From assembly GCF_004376175.1 (NCBI RefSeq), contig NZ_SNUY01000034.1:1-21469 (forward strand): a DNA stretch of 21,469 nucleotides, written 5' to 3'. Below are positions 17,132 to 21,469 of the stretch, one piece after another. The notes under the pieces were generated by a model. It had not been told where the DNA came from. It saw nothing but the letters and a program-made list of their open reading frames with translations, and made no database searches. The DNA comes from Halalkalibacterium halodurans. Lineage in GTDB: Bacteria; Bacillota; Bacilli; Bacillales; Bacillaceae_D. The stretch's first letter is position 1; each line of letters begins with the position of its first letter. Both the position numbers and the translations under genes were made by a program.

Positions 17132-17278
17132 TTATATTCTTACAATTTCCTCTTCCTGAAAAGGCAAACATCTACGTACCATTTCGTTCATTAATAATTC
17201 AATGAAATCTTGCTTTAAATTAAGCTCTTTAGCCCGAACGTAAGCTTCAATCAATACATCATCATGAATGTTATCCAT
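17132..17278 (-). CDS. sda: Sporulation inhibitor Sda (histidine-kinase KinA/KinB inhibitor) homolog, 48 aa; not in the ORF track
   Basis: The translation is MDNIHDDVLIEAYVRAKELNLKQDFIELLMNEMVRRCLPFQEEEIVRI. It aligns along its length with B. subtilis Sda (…[33 protein letters not shown]…). RBS GGAGGAAAGG lies 5 nt before ATG 17278, and the TAA stop is at 17132. Confidence 0.8.
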   Translation of the reverse strand: MDNIHDDVLIEAYVRAKELNLKQDFIELLMNEMVRRCLPFQEEEIVRI

Positions 17279-17333
17279 TCTTACCTTTCCTCCACACACA
17301 TGTAATCAAATAATCTTGTCTCTATACTCCCCT

Positions 17334-18527
17334 TTACGAGTCAAACGTTAAAGCATCATAGGCTCTTTTTAGTCGACGCATGGCTTCTTCAACCGTTACT
17401 CGTGGACAAGCAATATTCATCCGTTCAAACGACTGCCCTTCTACACCGAAAATTTCACCGTGATTCATCGCTACTTTCGCTTCATCTACCAACCATTTCT
17501 TTCGTTCACTTGCCGTTAGCCCTAATCGTGAACAATCAATCCACAACAAGTACGTTCCTTCTGGCTCAAGGACGGAAAGTCTTGGCATTGAAGTCTCAAG
17601 CGTGTCCTTCACATATAAATAATTGTCCCACACGTATTTCCGTAAAGCTAACAGCCATTCATCGCCTTGGTTATACGCAACTTCTGTGACAAGCTCCGCA
17701 AACGAGTTCGACATACCCATAAACCGATTTTTTAAATATTTTTGCAGTCTAGCTCTGTACTTATCGTTACGAATGACACAATAGGATGTTTGCAGGCCAG
17801 CCAAATTGAATGTCTTACTTGGGGCAAGACATGTAAATGTGCGACTCGCGACCTCTGCTGATAATGAAGCAATTGGGATATGTTTCTTCCCTTCAAAGAC
17901 CAAATCTGCATGAATTTCATCTGATACGAGAAGCAAATCATGTTTCACGCAAAGCTCGGCAATCTTCTCTAATTCTTCTTTCCGCCAAACACGCCCGACT
18001 GGATTATGTGGGTTGCATAGAATGAGCATCTTCGTTTTTTCAGAGATGACCGATGATAAATGCTCTAGATCCATCGTATAGGTTTCACCATCAAAACGAA
18101 GGGGATTTTTCACGAGCGTCCGCTCATTATTGAGCACTAATTGATAAAACGGGTAATACACTGGGGTTTGGATTACGATTTCGTCTCCTACCGCTGTGAA
18201 CGCTTCAATGATGTAACTAATCGTCGGCACGACACCTGAAGTGTACACAATATCTGATTCTCGAATCTCCCAATCATAATGACGTTTCACCCAATGTTTA
18301 ACGGCTGCGTCAACAGACGGGGAATGAACAGGATAGCCAAAAACCCCATGCTCTACTCGTTCTTTTAACGCATCGATCACAGGCTGTGGTGCACGAAAAT
18401 CCATATCTGCCACCCACATAGGCAAGAGATCTTCTCCTTGAAATAACTGATCTACAGCGTCCCACTTGGCGGAGGCTGTCTGTTTTCGTTCAATGACTTG
18501 ATCAAAGACTGTTCGTGAGATCAACAA
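17334..18527 (-). CDS. patB: PatB/MalY-type PLP-dependent C-S lyase (cystathionine beta-lyase family aminotransferase)
   Basis: The 397-aa product shows KWD…LPMWVADMDFRAPQPVIDAL, NPHNPVGRVW and the PLP-lysine motif SKTFNLAGL. The TTG start follows AAAGGAGCGG. Confidence 0.8.
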   Translation of the reverse strand: MLISRTVFDQVIERKQTASAKWDAVDQLFQGEDLLPMWVADMDFRAPQPVIDALKERVEHGVFGYPVHSPSVDAAVKHWVKRHYDWEIRESDIVYTSGVVPTISYIIEAFTAVGDEIVIQTPVYYPFYQLVLNNERTLVKNPLRFDGETYTMDLEHLSSVISEKTKMLILCNPHNPVGRVWRKEELEKIAELCVKHDLLLVSDEIHADLVFEGKKHIPIASLSAEVASRTFTCLAPSKTFNLAGLQTSYCVIRNDKYRARLQKYLKNRFMGMSNSFAELVTEVAYNQGDEWLLALRKYVWDNYLYVKDTLETSMPRLSVLEPEGTYLLWIDCSRLGLTASERKKWLVDEAKVAMNHGEIFGVEGQSFERMNIACPRVTVEEAMRRLKRAYDALTFDS

Positions 18528-18616
18528 ATTTCCGCTCCTTTCTTCCTAAGATTGAAACAGTCTTAAGGGCAAAACATAACCCCTAACCTATTCAATCTTT
18601 TTAAAAGAATCTCTTT

Positions 18617-19594
18617 TTATTTTTCAAGTACTTCTGGATTGGCTATATGGGTTAACGATTTTCCTTTGATCCCAAGAAGCAAATTTTCAATGGCTAAGCG
18701 CACCATCTCTCGCCTCGTGCCTACTTCGGCGCTACCGATGTGGGGCAATGCCACAACATTCGGCAATTGTACGAGAGGATGATCGGCTGAAATTGGCTCT
18801 TTTTCATACACATCAAGACCAGCTCCTGCGATCCACCCTTCCGTCAATGCACGGTATAGGGCTTGTTCATCTACATTTGTTCCTCTTGATGTATTGATGA
18901 AGTGAGCGGTCGACTTCATTTTTTGAAATTGCGCTGGCCCCATCATCTTCCGCGTTTCATCCGTCGAAGGAGCCAACAAGACGACGTAATCAGATCTGGC
19001 TAACAGGTGATCAAGGGAGCAATACGTTGCGCCAAGCTCTTTTTCAGCCTGTTCATTTCGGCTCCGATTATGATAGAGGAGCGTCATATTGAAGCCCTTC
19101 GCCCGTTTGGCTACCGCTTGGCCAATTCGCCCCATTCCAATGATCCCCAATGTCGTTCCATAAATGGCCTGACCCGTTAACATAAAGGGGCCCCAGCTTT
19201 TCCATTGGTCATTTCGCACATAATCGATGCTTTCGCGCAATCGACGACCTGTGGCCATAAGGAGAGCAAACGTTAAATCAGCCGTAGCCTCGGTTAAAAC
19301 CCCCGGCGTATGTCCAACAGAAACCCCGCGTTTTGTCGCTTCTTTGATGTCAATATTATCGTACCCAACAGCCATCGTACTTACGACTTTAAGTCGTTTC
19401 GCCCGCTCAAATGCTTCTACATCAAAACGATCCGTTAAATTCGTAAATACACCGTCGGCTTCTTCAAGCTCTTTTAAAAAAAGCTCCCGCGGCATCGGTA
19501 TATTTTCTTCCGTCCACATGCGAATGTCATGCTCATCTTTGAGCGGTTCAATCCACTCTGGATCAAGAGCACGTGTAAACAATAGCCTCACCAA
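18617..19594 (-). CDS. D-isomer-specific 2-hydroxyacid dehydrogenase (glyoxylate/hydroxypyruvate/2-ketogluconate reductase, GhrB/YvcT-like)
   Basis: It has the NAD fold GIIGMGRIGQAVA and the catalytic Arg/Glu/His context (NTSRG, LDVYEKEP, PHIGSA). The TTG start at 19594 is 6 nt after GGAAGGAGGAG. Confidence 0.85.
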   Translation of the reverse strand: MVRLLFTRALDPEWIEPLKDEHDIRMWTEENIPMPRELFLKELEEADGVFTNLTDRFDVEAFERAKRLKVVSTMAVGYDNIDIKEATKRGVSVGHTPGVLTEATADLTFALLMATGRRLRESIDYVRNDQWKSWGPFMLTGQAIYGTTLGIIGMGRIGQAVAKRAKGFNMTLLYHNRSRNEQAEKELGATYCSLDHLLARSDYVVLLAPSTDETRKMMGPAQFQKMKSTAHFINTSRGTNVDEQALYRALTEGWIAGAGLDVYEKEPISADHPLVQLPNVVALPHIGSAEVGTRREMVRLAIENLLLGIKGKSLTHIANPEVLEK

Positions 19595-19677
19595 TCATCT
19601 CCTCCTTCCTCATTAATAGACTCTCGGCATTCGCCGAGCTTTGTGGTTCAAGGATTTTCCTCAAACCAATTTATTTC

Positions 19678-19705
19678 ATCCCTCCTATTTTAGGTGGGAT
19701 TTTTT
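19678..19705 (+). terminator. Terminator-like hairpin with a T-run, directly against the left end of the IS4-like element; no upstream plus-strand gene to terminate
   Basis: atccctcct (19678-19686) pairs with aggtgggat (19692-19700), with one mismatch, followed by ttttt (19701-19705). Confidence 0.4.
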
Positions 19706-21469
19706 AATGTTCATTTTTTAAAACTGGAAATTAATTATCAAAATATTTTCTCGAATTCGACAAGAAACACTTGACTTTTCAAAAACACCACAATAATCGC
19801 CGGTGAAGGGATTATTTTCCCTTACTACTTGTGATTGAGGTGCCAAAATGAAACCAACGTTTATTGCACACGAAACTTATCAAAACTTCGTTCTAAATCA
19901 GTTAAATGCCCATTATTCTGGCGGCATTCTTACCCTTGTTAATAAGGATTGGCCAGTAATTAAAAAGCTTTGGATAACTGATCTCTCTTCGGTAACTACA
20001 TGGCTTGGTGATTCCTATTCCAAAAAGGGACCAAAGCCTCGTGACCCTGCTTCTATGATGCGTTCTTATCTGCTTTCATTATTTGTTCAACCTACAAAAG
20101 GTATTACTCATTGGGTTGATCAACTTCGTCGCGTTCCGTTGTATGCAATTCTTAGCGGTTTTGAACCCGGTGACACACCAGGTGTTGGAACATTTGAAGA
20201 CTTTTTCAAACGTTTATGGGCCTTCGAAAGCCCGAATGTTATGCCGAAGGTCAAACCTAAAAAGAAAAAGTCAAAAAAGAAAAAGAAGCCTAAAAAGGGT
20301 GAAAAAGCTGAACCTAAGAATCCCGGAATTGTTCGTAAACTCGTTGATCGGGCAATGCGTTATGGTTCCAAACAAAAACAACTGCCAGGAGACCGATTAT
20401 TTGAGTTTTTTCAATCCCAATTTTTAGCGGTTTCTACGAAACTTGGTCTTCTTGGGGATCCCGAAGCTCTAGGTGTAGTTGGAGATGGGACACCAATTGA
20501 AACAGCTAGGTACCCGAGAAGTAAATCAACCTGTAATTGTAGTGCCCAAGGACTAACGAACTGTACTCACCCACGCCAGTATTCACAACCCGACATCGAC
20601 TCAGGCTGGGATAGTTCTAAGGAAAAGTACTTCAACGGATATCATCTCTACATGATATCCACTAGCGATAGCCAATACGACTTACCGCTATATCCACGGC
20701 TGCATCCTGCTTCCCGGCATGATTCAGTCAGCCTAGTGGTTAGTTCAATTGAATTTTCGCAACGGTACACCTTGGGCACGATTGATAAAATTCTTCTTGA
20801 TGCAGCGCACGATGCTGAGGCCATTTATGAGCTACTTGAACATCAAAATGTGGAACCCTTCATCGATTTAAATGTTCGAACAAAGAAGAACTTTAGTACA
20901 GAAAGTGATATTCAAATATCTCCAACAGGTGTTCCAATCTGTCCGATTGGGAAGGAGATGAAGCCCAACGGGTTTGACAAATCTCAAAATCGGCAAAAAT
21001 GGCGTTGTCCACTTGCTTGCGGTACCAAAAATACATGCTCATCACCGTGTTCAAAAGCAAAATATGGTCGGACATTCCATACATTCAGAGAGGATAATCT
21101 ACGATTATTTACCAAAACACCAAGGTCCTCTGAAAAGTGGAAACTTATATACAAACGAAGAACCTCTGTTGAACGTTCTAATAAAAGAGAAAAAATAGAT
21201 TATCACTTGGAATCTGGACGCCACCGGTCAACAAAAATGTGGTACATTCGCCTATACGCCATAATGATGTGTCAGCACATCGATGCTTGGTACAGCAGTC
21301 AGAAAGAGCAGTTAAATATTGAAGAAATCATCTTTCCTAAAGCCGCCTAGTCAATTTTTAAAAAAATAATGGCAATAGGTTTCTTTGTCATGCACATTTT
21401 TGAAAATACAATGAAAATAATGAGTGTGCAGGCCATTCCAATCCAATTTCCAGTAATTTTGGTTCATTT
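19706..21469 (+). mobile_element. IS4-superfamily insertion sequence reaching the window edge
   Basis: It carries a single 500-aa DDE transposase gene. The candidate imperfect terminal inverted repeats are aatgttcattttttaaaactggaaatt (19706-19732) and, as reverse complement, aatgaaccaaaattactggaaatt (21445-21468). These share AATG…ACTGGAAATT. A subterminal ttttcaaaaa is present in both ends. Confidence 0.55.
19848..21350 (+). CDS. DDE transposase, IS4-family-like (YREK signature), with an N-terminal DUF772-like domain
   Basis: Candidate catalytic residues are D (VVGDGTPIETA), D (LLDAAHDAEAIYE) and E within YKRRTSVERSNKREK, which fits Y-2-R-3-E-6-K. The N-terminal RDPASMMRSYLL…GVGTFEDFFKRLW resembles the InsH/DUF772 N-domain. 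A poly-Lys linker and a Cys-rich insert are also present. Confidence 0.8.
   Translation: MKPTFIAHETYQNFVLNQLNAHYSGGILTLVNKDWPVIKKLWITDLSSVTTWLGDSYSKKGPKPRDPASMMRSYLLSLFVQPTKGITHWVDQLRRVPLYAILSGFEPGDTPGVGTFEDFFKRLWAFESPNVMPKVKPKKKKSKKKKKPKKGEKAEPKNPGIVRKLVDRAMRYGSKQKQLPGDRLFEFFQSQFLAVSTKLGLLGDPEALGVVGDGTPIETARYPRSKSTCNCSAQGLTNCTHPRQYSQPDIDSGWDSSKEKYFNGYHLYMISTSDSQYDLPLYPRLHPASRHDSVSLVVSSIEFSQRYTLGTIDKILLDAAHDAEAIYELLEHQNVEPFIDLNVRTKKNFSTESDIQISPTGVPICPIGKEMKPNGFDKSQNRQKWRCPLACGTKNTCSSPCSKAKYGRTFHTFREDNLRLFTKTPRSSEKWKLIYKRRTSVERSNKREKIDYHLESGRHRSTKMWYIRLYAIMMCQHIDAWYSSQKEQLNIEEIIFPKAA

Noticed and set aside
17288-17296. DnaA-box-like tcctccaca upstream of sda
   Set aside because: It matches TTATCCACA at only 7 of 9 positions and coincides with the sda Shine-Dalgarno complement, so it is not credible as a DnaA box on its own.
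1-21469. CRISPR arrays, tRNA/rRNA genes, tandem repeats, defence-system gene clusters
   Set aside because: I saw no regularly spaced direct repeats and no cloverleaf or rRNA-like sequence. No nuclease, helicase or methylase clusters were recognised on either strand, and every long ORF has an ordinary assignment.

Overview
This window looks like chromosomal DNA from a spore-forming Bacillaceae organism. The evidence is an S-box-controlled metK, pckA, an sda homolog, ytkD-like and patB-like genes, and strong GGAGG ribosome-binding sites. It has three parts. (1) Positions 1-7193 are an accessory, visibly more AT-rich heavy-metal island. It holds the 3' part of an ISL3 element, a cadC-cadA cadmium/zinc efflux operon with a recognisable promoter and operator, an orphan dihydrolipoamide-dehydrogenase-like flavoprotein, and a ZIP-family metal permease. 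The 3' end of the ZIP gene is fused to a second, inverted ISL3 copy that has lost its own 3' end. The outer end of that IS sits directly against the metK terminator. (2) Positions 7194-19705 are ordinary core genes: metK with SAM-I riboswitch, a small membrane protein, pckA, an HxlR-regulator/DoxX/ring-cleavage-dioxygenase module (catR-catDE-like), an alpha/beta hydrolase, a NUDIX hydrolase, an MFS transporter, a hypothetical protein, two small genes absent from the ORF track (one a clear Sda homolog), a PatB-type C-S lyase and a D-2-hydroxyacid dehydrogenase. (3) Positions 19706 to the window end hold an IS4-like insertion sequence. I see no CRISPR array, tRNA or rRNA, and no convincing novel multi-gene system. 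The most unusual content is the IS-bracketed metal island, the orphan E3-like flavoprotein inside it, and the unannotated small genes. All calls rest on motif recognition by eye; no searches were run.
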